Positions 1-13,224 of a DNA stretch of 64,000 nt are shown piece after piece. Positions within the stretch are counted from its first letter, which is position 1; every line of letters begins with the position of its first letter. The notes below the pieces were generated by a model. That model searched no databases, was not told the origin of the DNA, and saw only the letters and a program-made list of their open reading frames with translations. The stretch covers positions 20,746,651 through 20,810,650 of the forward strand of contig CM120647.1 in NCBI GenBank assembly GCA_051362555.1. The letters run 5' to 3'. A program made the translations under genes and the position numbers. This DNA is from Lingula anatina (taxonomy: Eukaryota > Animalia > Brachiopoda).

Positions 1-370
1 GTTGAAGTGGCACAATACTGATTTTTTAAAATTTCCATTTCAGATAAAATACAACCATTACAAATATAGTACTTCCATCACCCCCCCCCCCTTATCTGAA
101 TTTTTATCAGCTATCTTTTCTGCTAATTCTATGCTTCTTGCTCTTTGATGTTTCTGTCATGATTTCATTTTTATCCTGTCATATATTCTGTCAATTTCTC
201 TACTGAATCTAGACTCCTTTTCCTGAGACCCTTCTCATTTCCATATACAATAATAACCAAATTCTCTGTGGAAATAGTGCAATAACAATACAACTCTGCA
301 AAGCATCTTCAATACTGCACAGATACAAGTCCCTGTTTTAATTGATATATTTCACTTTGTATATTTGCAG

Positions 371-544
371 GAGTGGCTGACAGCAGAGAAATGTGCCCCG
401 TATCTCCTGTGTCGAGGTCTGGTGAGGATACGTTGTTATCAGGAGCTGAGCCGTGTCATAGCACATTTGACCAGAGTGGGGTGGATCAACTTCGGTATCA
501 TCTCTCCCCCGCCAGACCTCTCTGTGTTACCTGACAGGCACAAG
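371..544 (+). CDS. KDM1B: KDM1B exon (SWIRM C-terminal part)
   Basis: ttgcag|GAGTGG...CACAAG|gtggtt, 174 nt; EWLTAEKC...GWINFG. Confidence 0.9.
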
Positions 545-1239
545 GTGGTTTTTTTAATATATTTATTTATTTATTTATTTCTGCTGTTGTTTCTTTGTTT
601 GTTTGTTTGTTTAAAGTATAAAATGAAAAATGAAATCAGATTTAAATGTTCACACTTTCATATTTTCCATGGACCTTTCAGTTCATTCACATTATTTTAT
701 TCACTAATATTTATTGATTTAATTGTTTTTCTGTCTTGCATATTTCATTTTGCTAGCTCCTTATTGTCATGTCTAACTTGAGTATAAATTGTCTGCTATT
801 TCAGCCAGAGGTTATAGTAATTGGGGCAGGAGCTGCTGGTCTTGGAGCAGCCAAACAACTCAAAAACTTTGCTGCTAAGGTACTGCTGATGCTGACCTAT
901 AAGAATCTGATAAAAAGGAGGTGGGAGGGGTCCAAAAACAAAAATTCTAGAAAAAAGGACCTTTTACTTTGGATTTTATGACACGAAGAGGATTTTAATT
1001 TTATGGCCAAATAGAACTGAAAACCCTTGTTGGACGTATTATACTTTTTTTAAATGCAATAAATTTGGAATAATTGATATATTTTAACTGTTACAGTTAT
1101 TTAAACCAATTCTGACAATGAAAAAAATGTGATAAATTATTTTATATGACATGTAGGAATAGAATATAACTTCAGTGGATTAGATTTACAGACATCAATT
1201 ACATTGTATAACGTGGATTATTTATTTATTTATTTATTC

Positions 1240-1271
<32 letters not shown>

Positions 1272-4200
1272 TTACTACCCCAGGTGTGCATCCTTGAGGC
1301 TGCTGACCGTATTGGTGGACGTGTTTGGGATGACCAGTCACTAGGGGTGTGTGCTGGACGAGGGGCCATGCTGGTCAATGGGTGTATTAATAACCCTATC
1401 TGTGTGATGTGTGAACAGGTGGGTGTATTAATAACCCTATCTGTGTGATGTGTGAACAGGTGGGTGTATTAATAACCCTATCTGTGTGATGTGTGAACAG
1501 GTGGGTGGGATGTGGATAAAAAAAAAGAAAAAAAGAAGAAATGTGATGGAATAAGTCATGTGATCTGGGTTAATTAAAAGGTTAGGTACATGAGACAGAT
1601 GTTTTAATTGATTTGCATGAATGTTATTAACTTTAAGGATAAATGGTATTTCTTTCAGGCTGGGATAAAGTTACATCCCATCTCCCCAACTTGTGATCTC
1701 ATTGATGAGTCAGGCAAACAGATAGATGGCAGCACAGACAAGAGAATCGACTTCCATTTCAATGCACTTTTAGACATCATAGCTGAGTGGAGGAAAGAGA
1801 GGGATAGTCACAAAGATTGCAGCCTTTTAGGTGTGTAATTGTTCCTTTCAATACAGTATATGTTTTTTTTTTTTTTTTTTTGTTTTTTTTTGCTATTTTA
1901 TTGCTTCATTTCTATGATAATCATGGACATATTTTTGTGGCAAAGAGGCTAGTTGAAACTGAAATATATTTCTTGCCAAAATGCCCCATACATTTATAGC
2001 ACAGGAAACTTTTGGAACCAATCTTCATTGTACCACCAGCGTAGGCGCTGGTGGTACACATGGTTTTAGTCCCGACCCGTATGTTCCGCCGGCTCCTGCG
2101 GCTCCTGCGGCTCCGCCGGCTCCTGCGGCTCCGCCGCCAAGTCCTCGTTACCGCTTCTCCTCCTAGACGGTAAGGGCCTCCATACCCATCTCTTGGATTT
2201 GGGTCACCTATAATCTCAACTCGTTCCACGTAAAATTTGGGCTTTGTCGGTATTGGGGTCTAGGTGTGGCACTCATTGCAATGCACCCTTGTCCAAAAAT
2301 GGCAAAATTAAATGCTAATTATCTCCCCTACGGAAGGAATTATGGGAAAAATTTCTACAGACAGCTTTCCAAAAGTCATATGTGTAGATTTCAAATATGC
2401 CCTTGGATTTGACCTTTGACCTTTATTTCAAGGTCAAACTGGCCAAAATTTTCAAAAAAACAAAATTTTTGCCGAAAAAAAATTATTTGCGGTCTTATTC
2501 AGACACCACACAGACTTAACTAATAATATTAATGGAAAGTGTTACCCTTCAGGTCATCTTTCATCTCTGTGAATTTGGGGTCAATCGGTGCATTTTCACG
2601 GGAGTAGCGGCCATAAGATATCGAAACTGAAAACTGTCTCTAATTCGGGAACCGTTAATGCTAGACACCCATTCTTTTTTGCATTTTGTAGAGCATGTTA
2701 AGCCCAACACTGGAGGTGGTCTCCGTTTTTTTGTATTCCATACGGTTTTCGAGTTACGCTGTATCAAAAAGTACATATTGGTGGTGAAAGCAAAATGTGC
2801 AGTACGGTAATGGATAATAAATTTTGAACTCCGGAAAAATAAAACATAAGGCTTGGCAAAGCAGACAACTTGTGGTCAAAAATGACATTATTTCATCAAA
2901 TTTGAACATCTGGAACTTCAGAGCACCTCCCATTTCAAGAATTTTGACCAAAATGACCTTTTCTTTATTTTAATTAATTTTTTCTGTAGGAAATTTATGG
3001 TACATTATGGTAACTCCAAAATTATAACATTTAGTCCCTTATATCTCCAAAACTGGAAGAGATAGGTCCATAGTTACTATTGAAGTTGAATAGGAAGTCA
3101 TATACTGGCAATCTAAATGTGACCTTAAAATTGACCTTTGACCTACTTTTCACCATGAACTGAACTTTGCAAATTTTGCTTCCCTTTTATCTCCAAAACT
3201 GGCAGAGATAGGTCCATAGTTACTATTGAAGTTGAATAGGAAGTCATATACTGGCAATCTAAATGTGACCTTAAAATTGACCTTTGACCTACTTTTCACC
3301 ATGAACTGAATTTTGCAAATTTTGCTTCCCTTTTATCTCCAAAACTGGCAGAGATAGGTCCATAGTCTCTATTGAACTTGAATAGGAAGTCATATACTGG
3401 CAATCAAAATGTGACCTTAAAATTAACCTTTGACCTACTTTTCACCATGAACTGAACTTTGCAAATTTTGCTTCCCTTTTATCTCCAAAACTGGCAGAGA
3501 TAGGTCCATAGTCTCTATTGAACTTGAATAGGAAGTCATATACTGGCAATCTACATGTGACATTAAAATTGACCTTTGACCTACTTTTCACCATGAACTG
3601 AACTTTGCAAATTTTGCTTCCCTTTTATCTCCAAAACTGGCAGAGATAGGTCCATAGTTACTATTGAAGTTGAATAGGAAGTCATATACTGGCAATCTAA
3701 ATGTGACCTTAAAATTGACCTTTGACCTACTTTTCACCATGAACTGAATTTTGCAAATTTTGCTTCCCTTTTATCTCCAAAACTGGCAGAGATAGGTCCA
3801 TAGTCTCTATTGAACTTGAATAGGAAGTCATATACTGGCAATCAAAATGTGACCTTAAAATTAACCTTTGACCTACTTTTCACCATGAACTGAACTTTGC
3901 AAATTTTGCTTCCCTTTTATCTCCAAAACTGGCAGAGATAGGTCCATAGTCTCTATTGAACTTGAATAGGAAGTCATATACTGGCAATCTACATGTGACA
4001 TTAAAATTGACCTTTGACCTACTTTTCACCATGAACTGAACTTTGCAAATTTTGCTTCCCTTTTATCTCCAAAACTGGCAGAGATAGGTCCATAGTTACT
4101 ATTGAACTTGAATAGGAAGTCATATACTGGCAATCTACATGTGACCTTAAAATTGACCTTTGACCTACTTTTCACCATGAACTGAACTTTGCAAATTTTG

Positions 4201-7200
4201 CTTCCCTTTTATCTCCAAAACTGGCAGAGATAGGTCCATAGTTACTATTGAAGTTGAATAGGAAGTCATATACTGGCAATCTAAATGTGACCTTAAAATT
4301 GACCTTTGACCTACTGTTCACCATGAACTGAATTTTGCAAATTTTGCTTCCCTTTTATCTCCAAAACTGGCAGAGATAGGTCCATAGTCTCTATTGAAGT
4401 TGAATAGGAAGTCATATACTGGCAATCTAAATGTGACCTTAAAATTGACCTTTGACCTACTTTTCACCATGAACTGAACTTTGCATATTTTGCTTCCCTT
4501 TTATCTCCAAAACTGGCAGAGATAGGTCCATAGTCTCTATTGAAGTTGAATAGGAAGTCATATACTGGCAATCTAAATGTGACCTTAAAATTGACCTTTG
4601 ACCTACTTTTCACCATGAACTGAACTTTGCAAATTTTGCTTCCCTTTTATCTCCAAAACTGGCAGAGATAGGTCCATAGTCTCTATTGAACTTGAATAGG
4701 AAGTCATATACTGGCAATCTACATGTGACCTTAAAATTGACCTTTGACCTACTTTTCACCATGAACTGAACTTTGCAGATTTTGATTCCCTTTTATCTCC
4801 AAAACTGGCAGAGATAGGTCCATAGTCTCTATTGAAGTTGAATAGGAAGTCATATACTGGCAATCTTAAAGTGACCTTAAAATTGACCTTTGACCTACTT
4901 TTCACCATGAACTGAACTTTGCATATTTTGCTTCCCCTTTATCTCCAAAACTGGCAGAGATAGGTCCATAGTTACTATTGAAGTTGAATAGGAAGTTATA
5001 TACTGGCAATCTAAGTGTGACCTTGAAATTGACCTTTGACCTACTTATTATCATGAACTGAACTCTGCTAATTTCTTTCTCTTTTAACTCCAAACCTGGC
5101 AGAGATAGGCCCATAGTTACTATTGAAGTTGAATAGGAAGTCATATACTGGCAATTTACTGTGACCTTGGAATTGACCTTTGACCTACCTTACGATGAAC
5201 TTAACTTTGATTGTACCATTTTTAGTTATATATATTTTTTTTGCATATTTTGAAAATTCTTGTTGATTGCATTTTTACAGCTTGTCAAGCACAAGACTGG
5301 TGGCTGTGTTCCTTATTTTGTATATGTGGGGGTCTATACGAATGCGCTTGCTCCAGCTAGTGGTACAATATTCGGAGGCGGTATCGCCTCTCTGATCCTC
5401 TAGTTTAATCTGCAACCGAAGAATTGAAATATCTTTTACAATCATCAGACTTCAAAATAAACTGACTAAAATACACTGATCATTAGTACTTGTTCAACCT
5501 GACTTTTGTATTTCAGACAAGCTGACTGAAATGCATCAACAGTTTATAGAGGAGTCTCAGCTGACTTTTACTGAGGTGAGATTTGCATTGTTGTATGACT
5601 TCTATCTACTGGCTATGTACTACACTGTATGTGTATACATTTAAATTTGTCATCACTAAAATTATGTATTTAGATATTTGTTTTCATATAGCAAATGCCT
5701 TTGAAAATATCACTGAAATACAGAATTACTAACTTGGCTCAAGTTATCTTGAAACCATAGGCTACTGAAACCACAATCCACATATATTTTTTTATCCCAG
5801 ATACTGTTTTGGTATTTTTGTGACCAAAGTGTCAAGTGTAACTTCCTGAAGGTGCATTTGTATGATTACCTTAGTACTGTTGATGATATGTGTTTCATGA
5901 AGTTTGAATATACCTTGAATTTTATACAGATATGATATATACTGTATGTAAAGAAGACAAATCACAATGAAGAAATTTTATTTTATCAGGAAGAACTGAA
6001 TCTACTACAGTTCCACATGAGTAACTTAGAATATGCTTGTGGTTGCGACCTCAGCAAACTGTCCGCCATAAATTGGGATCAGAATGAGGCGTTCCCACAA
6101 TTCTCTGGTAACCATGCCCTTGTTGGGGAAGGCTATTCCACCATTTTGAATAGATTGGCTGATGGCTTAGAGATAAAGTTAAACACTAAGGTAAGTTAAA
6201 CTCATATGAAGTTTCCAGTTCAGTTAAGTTGGGTCCATCAATCTTGGTGAAACCCAACTTTTCAACTGGCCACATTGATATGATTATTTCACCATAAGTA
6301 GCCAGTCTTATCCTTGTCTTCTACCACTGACCATAACTTGCCTGTAGTATTAAGATAAGCTCACCAATTAAGCCAATTTAATAACTTTGTTGTACCATCC
6401 GCCAATACTAGTAAACTGACTGTAACTATATCCAGTATCATTCTGATTAGTTCTCACGGAAAGCTGCTTTGTTCATTCCTTTGCCCCACCCCTCCACCAT
6501 TGTAGAATGCCACATCCTAGGACCTGAAAATGACCAAAATAATAATACCAGAATCAGTATTTGTTAAATATCAGGGATTTAGTGCTGTTTATATGAACTT
6601 TGAATTTTTTTTTTTTTTTTTTTTGCAAGTGTAGAACATGGTCCAATGTACATGTATATACTATAGTTATGTTATGCCTCCATTGGAAATTCATCTTTTT
6701 TATATTTATGTGTATTGTTTTTCTTGCAGGTGAAATCCGTAGATTACTCTGGTGATAAAGTAGTGGTCAGTTCTGAAAATGGCCAGAAGTGGACAGCAGA
6801 CAAGGTGGGAACATTGCATAATTTTATCCCACCCTGTATTACCTAGAAAACTTGGTGTTACATAAGCTGGCGACTAGCAAGATTATCAGTCACATTATTA
6901 ATATGAGTATGAATATGAATAATTGCATAAAAAAATTTAAAAAAATTAATATTATTATGTATTTGCCTATAAATCTGAACATTTTTACCAGTACAAACTG
7001 GTGTCTAAATCTTAGTGGCAATGAATTAATATTAAAAAAAAGAAAAAAAAAGATATTTTATTATAAAGCAGAAAGTCATCTGTCATCTTAAGATGATATT
7101 ATATTATATTATATTATATTATATTATATTATATTATATTATATTATATTATATTAACTATTTCAGGTGATAATCACTGTTCCACTGTCCCTACTTCAGA

Positions 7201-9472
7201 AGTCTGTGATATCATTCACCCCAAGTTTACCTGAACATAAAGTTAAGGCTTTCCACAAACTAGGGACAGGTGTAACAGAAAAGGTACTAGTCTCTTGAAA
7301 ATGTGCCCAAGCCCTGGTCAGTTTCACTTAATATTTATTTTTAGTTATGGAGATCTATTTTTCAATTCAAAATTTATAATATGATATTTTTATATTGCCT
7401 CTGTTCCCATTAAAACATGTTGCGTTAATAGGTGATTCCATTTAGAACCTGTCTATATCATTAATGTTACCCTGTGTTTAAGAGTGTTGGAAATCTTCAT
7501 CATCAGCCAGTTAAAGGATGCCGATGGTACATGATAACTTAAATTCTCCACTTCGGGGTGATATCAAATGATTTGTATGGTTGCTGGGCTTGTCCGTTAC
7601 TATAAAATCAAATTCTGTTATGTTATGTCACTCAGTAATGAAAGATAAATTGAAATGTTGTTGTTGTTTTCAGATTGCCTTACAGTTCCCAGAGAGGTTC
7701 TGGCAGAACAAGGCAAAAAGAGCAGGTTTTTTTGGCCATGTGCCTTCAGATGAATCTCAGAGAGGCCTTTTCAGTATGTTCTATGATCTCACGCCAAAGG
7801 TTGGTGCTAAAGAAGTCTACATTTAAAGTATATGCTATGTATTATATAAATTTTCACGTTAAGCATTATATCATTGTGATGCAGCTATAATGGTACACTT
7901 TAGTTCTAACATCTAATTACACTACAGAGGAACTTTACTACCTTCTACTAGTACAAGTTTGCTTACATCTGTCTGGGTTGAAGTCGATTATCTGACCATA
8001 TATCTAGCATCGGGGCTACATTTAGGTGGGTCCATTAAGTTTTCAGTCTCTCAAAACATATCTGTGCACCCCCCCTCTAACCCAAATTCCACCCTCCCAT
8101 GCCCCCTATACCAGGCTTAATGCCTACATACTAGTATATGCAAATGAATACTTATTCTTATGACTTCAGTATAACCCTAAAGGCACTATTGTCCTGAAAA
8201 GCCAGGCTTATATGCCAATGTATACGCAAACAAATACTTTTTCTTTTGACTAAAGGATAACCCTAGCAGCCCTTTTGTCCTGATTAGCCAGTTGAGTGGG
8301 AAAGCTGTGGAAGTTCAGGGGGAGAAGACTGATGAGGAGATTGTCAAATGCTGTGTGGGGGTTTTAGGAAAATTATTCCCTGAAAAGGTTTGTGTACATT
8401 TTTGTTTATTTCTGTTTATTTGTTTATTACAGAATTATTTTGTATAATTCTGTAATACTGAGAGAGAGAGAGAGAGAGAGAGAGAATCGTTTATTTTTAT
8501 AATTTAAAAATTGGGAAATGATAAAACTTCTACTCATATAACTGCTAGTATATGTAGTGTCATCATAACACAAAGACAAGTGGGCTGTTCCTTTGGACCC
8601 CAGGAAACCCCTCACTCCACACCTGCACAAACATACTCAGCAGAGGTTGTAGGAAGATAAATTAATTTTCTATCCAGTTTCTTTCATTTTTTTTTCTTGA
8701 CTGTAAATTGCCTTTCCTGAAAATTCTCAGTAATGTATTCAAATTATACTTGAAAATTAATATACAAAGGTAAGTTGCCAGCACTTGCATATGGATACTG
8801 GTAATCAATCTGCCTTACTTGGTATATATTTTTATTTCTTCTATTCAGCCAATCCCAGAACCTGAGAAGTGGTTTGTTACTCGCTGGCACAGTATGGAGA
8901 ACATAGGCATGGCGTACAGCTACGTCCCTATTGGCAGTGGTGGTGACACCTATGATATTGTTGCTGAGGATGTAGACCAGAAAGTTTTCTTTGGTGGAGA
9001 GGTGAGGGGATGGTGCTGTGAGAAAATTTATTTGTTTTATTCATTTATTTATCTTATTTATTGTGTTTGAGATTTTCATAGGATGTGATAAATTTGTTCC
9101 GGTGGATCACAATTTTAAACTCAAGTTAAGGCATAGCTTTGAATATTGTTATATTGTAAATTGCAGATTTTGACCAGTTTCCAAGTTTTGAAAATACCTG
9201 TTTTTTCACCTCAATTAATTCTCAACATTTATATTAACACATATATTTGCATATACTTTTAATGTTTGGTTTAGAATAAGTCAAAATTTAGTGGCTGTCT
9301 TTAATATTGTTTTATTATAAGTCAGAATGATGTATATAGTTTCAACGTCTTCCTGGTTCTTTTTCAACAGGCCACCCAGCGTCAGTTTCCACAGACAGTC
9401 ACAGGAGCCTATCTGAGCGGAGTGAGAGAGGCAGCCAAAATCATCACACTTCCAGACACAGTAGAATCATGA
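371..9472 (+). CDS. KDM1B: Lysine-specific histone demethylase 1B (LSD2), 3' part of the gene (end of SWIRM plus amine-oxidase domain); 5' exons lie upstream of the window
   Basis: 12 GT-AG exons splice in frame: 371-544, 805-879, 1284-1418, 1659-1830, 5517-5575, 5990-6190, 6730-6804, 7167-7283, 7674-7799, 8256-8387, 8849-9001, 9371-9472 (TGA). Motifs: [15 protein letters not shown] (SWIRM), VIGAGAAGL (FAD GxGxxG), [61 protein letters not shown]. No Tower insert, which points to LSD2 rather than LSD1. Confidence 0.93.
805..879 (+). CDS. KDM1B: KDM1B exon (FAD-binding GxGxxG)
   Basis: tttcag|CCAGAG...GCTAAG|gtactg; [19 protein letters not shown]. Confidence 0.9.
1284..1418 (+). CDS. KDM1B: KDM1B exon
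   Basis: ccccag|GTGTGC...GAACAG|gtgggt; [17 protein letters not shown]...[13 protein letters not shown]. Confidence 0.9.
1379..1502 (+). repeat. 3 x 41-bp tandem repeat covering the exon end and splice donor
   Basis: GGGTGTATTAATAACCCTATCTGTGTGATGTGTGAACAGGT repeated; CAG|GT after 1418, 1459 and 1500. Confidence 0.9.
1659..1830 (+). CDS. KDM1B: KDM1B exon
   Basis: tttcag|GCTGGG...TTTTAG|gtgtgt; [20 protein letters not shown]; ends in phase 1. Confidence 0.9.
2027..5403 (+). mobile_element. Non-autonomous Helentron-associated element (HINE/DINE-1-like) with internal tandem array
   Basis: 5' palindrome TGTACCACCAGCG-tagg-CGCTGGTGGTACA (2029-2058); GCGGCTCC-type microsatellite at ~2085-2140; 3' sub-TIR GCTAGTGGTACAAT (5356-5369); hairpin GAGGCG-gtat-CGCCTC (5375-5390); ends CTAG followed by TTT. 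Confidence 0.75.
3035..5210. repeat. ~15 x 146-bp tandem (satellite-like) array inside the HINE
   Basis: ATCTCCAAAACTGG recurs at 3043, 3189, 3335, 3481 ... 4941 (period 146). Confidence 0.95.
5517..5575 (+). CDS. KDM1B: KDM1B exon
   Basis: tttcag|ACAAG...ACTGAG|gtgag; (D)[19 protein letters not shown]; restores the frame after the phase-1 exon. Confidence 0.85.
5990..6190 (+). CDS. KDM1B: KDM1B exon
   Basis: [18 protein letters not shown]...[14 protein letters not shown]; AG/GT boundaries. Confidence 0.9.
6730..6804 (+). CDS. KDM1B: KDM1B exon
   Basis: [25 protein letters not shown]; AG/GT boundaries. Confidence 0.88.
7167..7283 (+). CDS. KDM1B: KDM1B exon
   Basis: [25 protein letters not shown]...LGTGVTEK. 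Confidence 0.9.
7674..7799 (+). CDS. KDM1B: KDM1B exon
   Basis: [10 protein letters not shown]...FFGHVP...[10 protein letters not shown]. Confidence 0.9.
8256..8387 (+). CDS. KDM1B: KDM1B exon
   Basis: [18 protein letters not shown]...[19 protein letters not shown]; the acceptor (taaag) is weaker than the others. Confidence 0.8.
8849..9001 (+). CDS. KDM1B: KDM1B exon
   Basis: [13 protein letters not shown]...MAYSYV...VFFGGE. Confidence 0.9.
9371..9472 (+). CDS. KDM1B: KDM1B terminal coding exon
   Basis: [33 protein letters not shown]. Confidence 0.9.
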   Translation, partial: ATQRQFPQTVTGAYLSGVREAAKIITLPDTVES

Positions 9473-9666
9473 CACTGCATGTACTCACGCCCCTAGGCAG
9501 AGATGGTGGTGACACCTATGATATTGCTTTGGGGAAGATGATAAAAATGTTTTATGTCAGGGGAACTATGTTTTAGGTCACAGAAGAGTTGTTGTACATG
9601 TATACCATAGGACTTTTGACTTTAGATATGAGTATCTGTTTGAGATGAAAAAAAAAGCCATCAGAA

Positions 9667-10000
9667 AATGTTTCTGTAGGAAGTCCTGTAGGACTCAGTG
9701 GAACTCTGTAGGATTCCTCCATGACTCTAGACTCTATATGACTCCTACATTACTCTATATGACTCCTACAGGACTCTATGGGACTCCTACAGGACTAACT
9801 CGATCCTACAGGACTGTATGGAACTCCTACAGGACACTATATGACTCCTACATTACTCTATAGGACTCCTATAGGACTCTATGGGACTCCTACAGGACTA
9901 ACTCCTACAGGACTCTATTGGACTCCTACAGGACTCTATGGGACTCCTACAAGACTCTGTGGGACTTAGTAGGAATTCTATCAGTTCTATAGGAAACATA
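9667..10000. repeat. Degenerate ~10/20-bp minisatellite (GGACTCCTACAGGACTCTAT) downstream of the KDM1B stop
   Basis: Repeated GACTC(C)TA units from ~9690 to ~9970. Confidence 0.75.
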
Positions 10001-13000
10001 TGTCCTATAGGATTTGGAGTTAATTTATTATAGAACCCTGTATGAGATACCTCTTAGAAAGGTGGAGAATTCACAGCTTGACCTCCAGCTCCCATTATTG
10101 GCAGAATAAACAAATAATCCCAGTTTGGAATTAATTGTGCAGAATTTGAGTGCAAAAAAGCATATAAGCAGTGCATTTATTATCTCACAGGGAATATATT
10201 TCACAACTGCACAGCTTTGTCACATCCCACCACACTGCCACATTATTCAGTATTACATTTGTATTTGTGTAGAAGCTCATACTGTACAATTATGTAATTC
10301 ATGTAAGGCAGTGTGTGTGTGTCTGTGGGGGGGGGGGGGGGGGGGGGGGGGGAGGGACTCCCTTTCACAAGTATCCTTTTAACTGTTTTGACTAATCAGA
10401 ATTAATCCAGTTAACTGAATGGTGGCGTCGAGCATGTGAGCTCTGTTTAGGCAACTCTTTCAGTTACATGAAAGGCAGCTTGTTATATTGTGAATCTATC
10501 AAGGTGTTTGGATACAGAAAAGTGTAACACAAGATGTGAGGACTCATGTCTGGACCAGTTAATACAATTGTATGATGCATGAAATAGGTGAAATTATTTA
10601 TCACGACTAGCATGTCTCTTCAAATGGGATTTAAATGTACAAATAATGATTTATACAAGATACATAGAGGTAGAATTTATAGTCCAGATTTTGTTTACTA
10701 TTTAATGCTATTGCACTACCAAAGATTTATCTCTATATTCTAGAGAGCCCCTTGTGGGTGAGTTGTGTGATGTATAAATAATTATCTGTAAGTTTTATGT
10801 ACCAATATCAGAACTCATTTTGTCATTTTAGCCAAACAATTACATAGATTATAGCAGGATAAAATTCAAGCTTATGAATGATCAACATTTTGCTGTTTAT
10901 GAATTTTGGGTACTAGCAATTATATTGGTATTTTGAGCCAGAATGTCAGTTAGATTGTACTAGGATAAATTTTAAGGGAGCATTCCCATAAGCCTATGTT
11001 CCAGCTGGATCGATCTAACTCCTTGGGGATTCTTGCTAAATGACATTCAGTTTGAGGGGCTTAAATGTCTGGCATACCTAAGACCCCATTCCCATAGATT
11101 TTAGATTGATCTATCCCTGTGGGGAGTCTCACTAGATTACTGTCAGCTTAGCCGGCTTAAGCATCTGTCCCACCTACTAAAGGCTGTAAGGGGGTAATTA
11201 ACTATGGTGCGCGCTCAGCTGACTGCAATTTAGCGTGAAACCCCAGGGAATTAGGTCAATCTAAATCTAAATCTCTAGATTGATCTAAATCTCTGAGAAT
11301 GCACCCTAAAACTGCCTAAAAGCACTCAGGGGGGGGGGGGGGAGTCAGGAAAACTTTGTAGTCCATGAAGTTGTTCATATTACTTTGCAAGGGGGGGGGG
11401 GGGGTGCCAAACAATAAGCTGATTACATCGTCCACTCCATAGTGAGAATTACTGCTGATAGATCTAACCTGCTAGTACAGTAAGTTTATGGAAATGCAGC
11501 CTAAGATTGTGAGGATGTTTATGATGTTCGGAGTATAATTCTCTGGGTATTTTTACCCATAATGTTAGTTTGATTGTATAATGTAAAATAAAGCTGAAGT
11601 TAATGAAAAATATTTATGTGTAATTAATGAATTGATTCTGCAGTTTTTATTTCAGTTTATACCCCTGCTCTTCATCTTTCACCATTGTTATCCGAGTTCA
11701 TCTATAGCATTAATATTTATGTTTGGTACCCTTTCTGGGCAAGATGCATGTATTAGTAGAATCTAGAGAAAGTTCCTCAAAAGAAAATGGTCCAAAGATT
11801 AGCAAGGGTGTTGAACTCCCAAGCTTCTTTGGGTTGGGCTGATTCCTGTACTGTGGATAATTATTGCGTTCTGTCTCTGTTACACGCATTACATTTTAAA
11901 TGATGTGTGCATGGAGCAACTACATATCTTGGCTTCTTTCGTGACAAATATGACCGTAAAATACAGCACATGTGATGTGCTCACTTTTGCCCTGATTTAA
12001 GCGATATTTGATGAGCCATCCAATGCACACTGAAATTAGGAAGATCAACAGGAGTCCATTATAGAAATGAACTATTACATACATTTTGCTACAAAAAATA
12101 TTGCCTGAGTTTTCAACCAATAGGACTTCAGTACTTCATCATTGTATTCGAGTTGAGTTTTATGATTAAAATTTATCTAGGATTGAGACAGGCCAAATGT
12201 TTAGTCTGAGGGGAAATCAGCAAAAATGACAGACATTGAGAGAGCTACATGTAAAGTTTACTGCCAAAGATCTGGCTTGACACAGTAACATATTCGCGTA
12301 TCTGAAAAAAAAACAAGTTTATGACTACATTTATGTATTCATCATGATTAACATACGCAGTATGTATTGGCTTACTACTACTGGAAGGCATGTAAGGACA
12401 ACACAAACATGCCCCTAAAAACGATGGCTGAGGGGCTGAGCTCAAGTGAACCGTTTCATGCACATTAAAATTGAGACGATCAGTGGGAGCTCAATTCAGA
12501 AATGAAATACTATGTCAGTTTGGAAATGAGAAAAATAGCTTTACTTTCCAACCAATATATTATTAAATTTATTATTATTATTATCATTATTATTTTATTC
12601 CAGCAGACTATCATATGGTTCAGGCTATGTTCAGATTAAAAATTATCAGTCCAGCAGGATCGATCTGTCTCTGCGGGGGTTCTCGTTAAGGTGCAGTTAA
12701 TGGAATCAGCTTAATTCTCTGGCACACCCCTCGTAAAATTCAAGTATATCTTGTACACAATTTAACGAGCAGTATACATTGTGCCTCCCCACAAAAAATC
12801 ACTTTTAAAAAGCAGATTTCCTCCCAACTACATTGCCCAGTGCATGTGGCATATTTACAAGTGATTTTTAATAATGTGAAAAATACACACCACAGCCTAG
12901 TAAGATGCACAGTTACTAGGATGCAGATGCATAGTATTAGTAGAAGCTACTCTTACATAAATAAACTTGTTTTACAATTGAAGCGCGTGGTTCAATACAG

Positions 13001-13224
13001 GTTAACGGTTGGCAATTTAGCGAGAAACCCCTTGGATCAATCGCGATCTAGGTATGGGAACCCAGTCTTACTTTAATGCTATGCCTAAACTAGCTGGTGG
13101 CACATAGCCAGGAGGCGTCGAAGCTTCTTTGACCTTTCACCCATGTAGTTTCAGGTAGGATTATACCATTATATTATTTGGCTTACATCAATAAACTCTG
13201 AGTATCGTCACAGGGGAAACGGAT

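Noticed and set aside
1921-2229. Arg-rich and Pro/Ala-rich ORFs
   Set aside because: They arise from the HINE 5' microsatellite.
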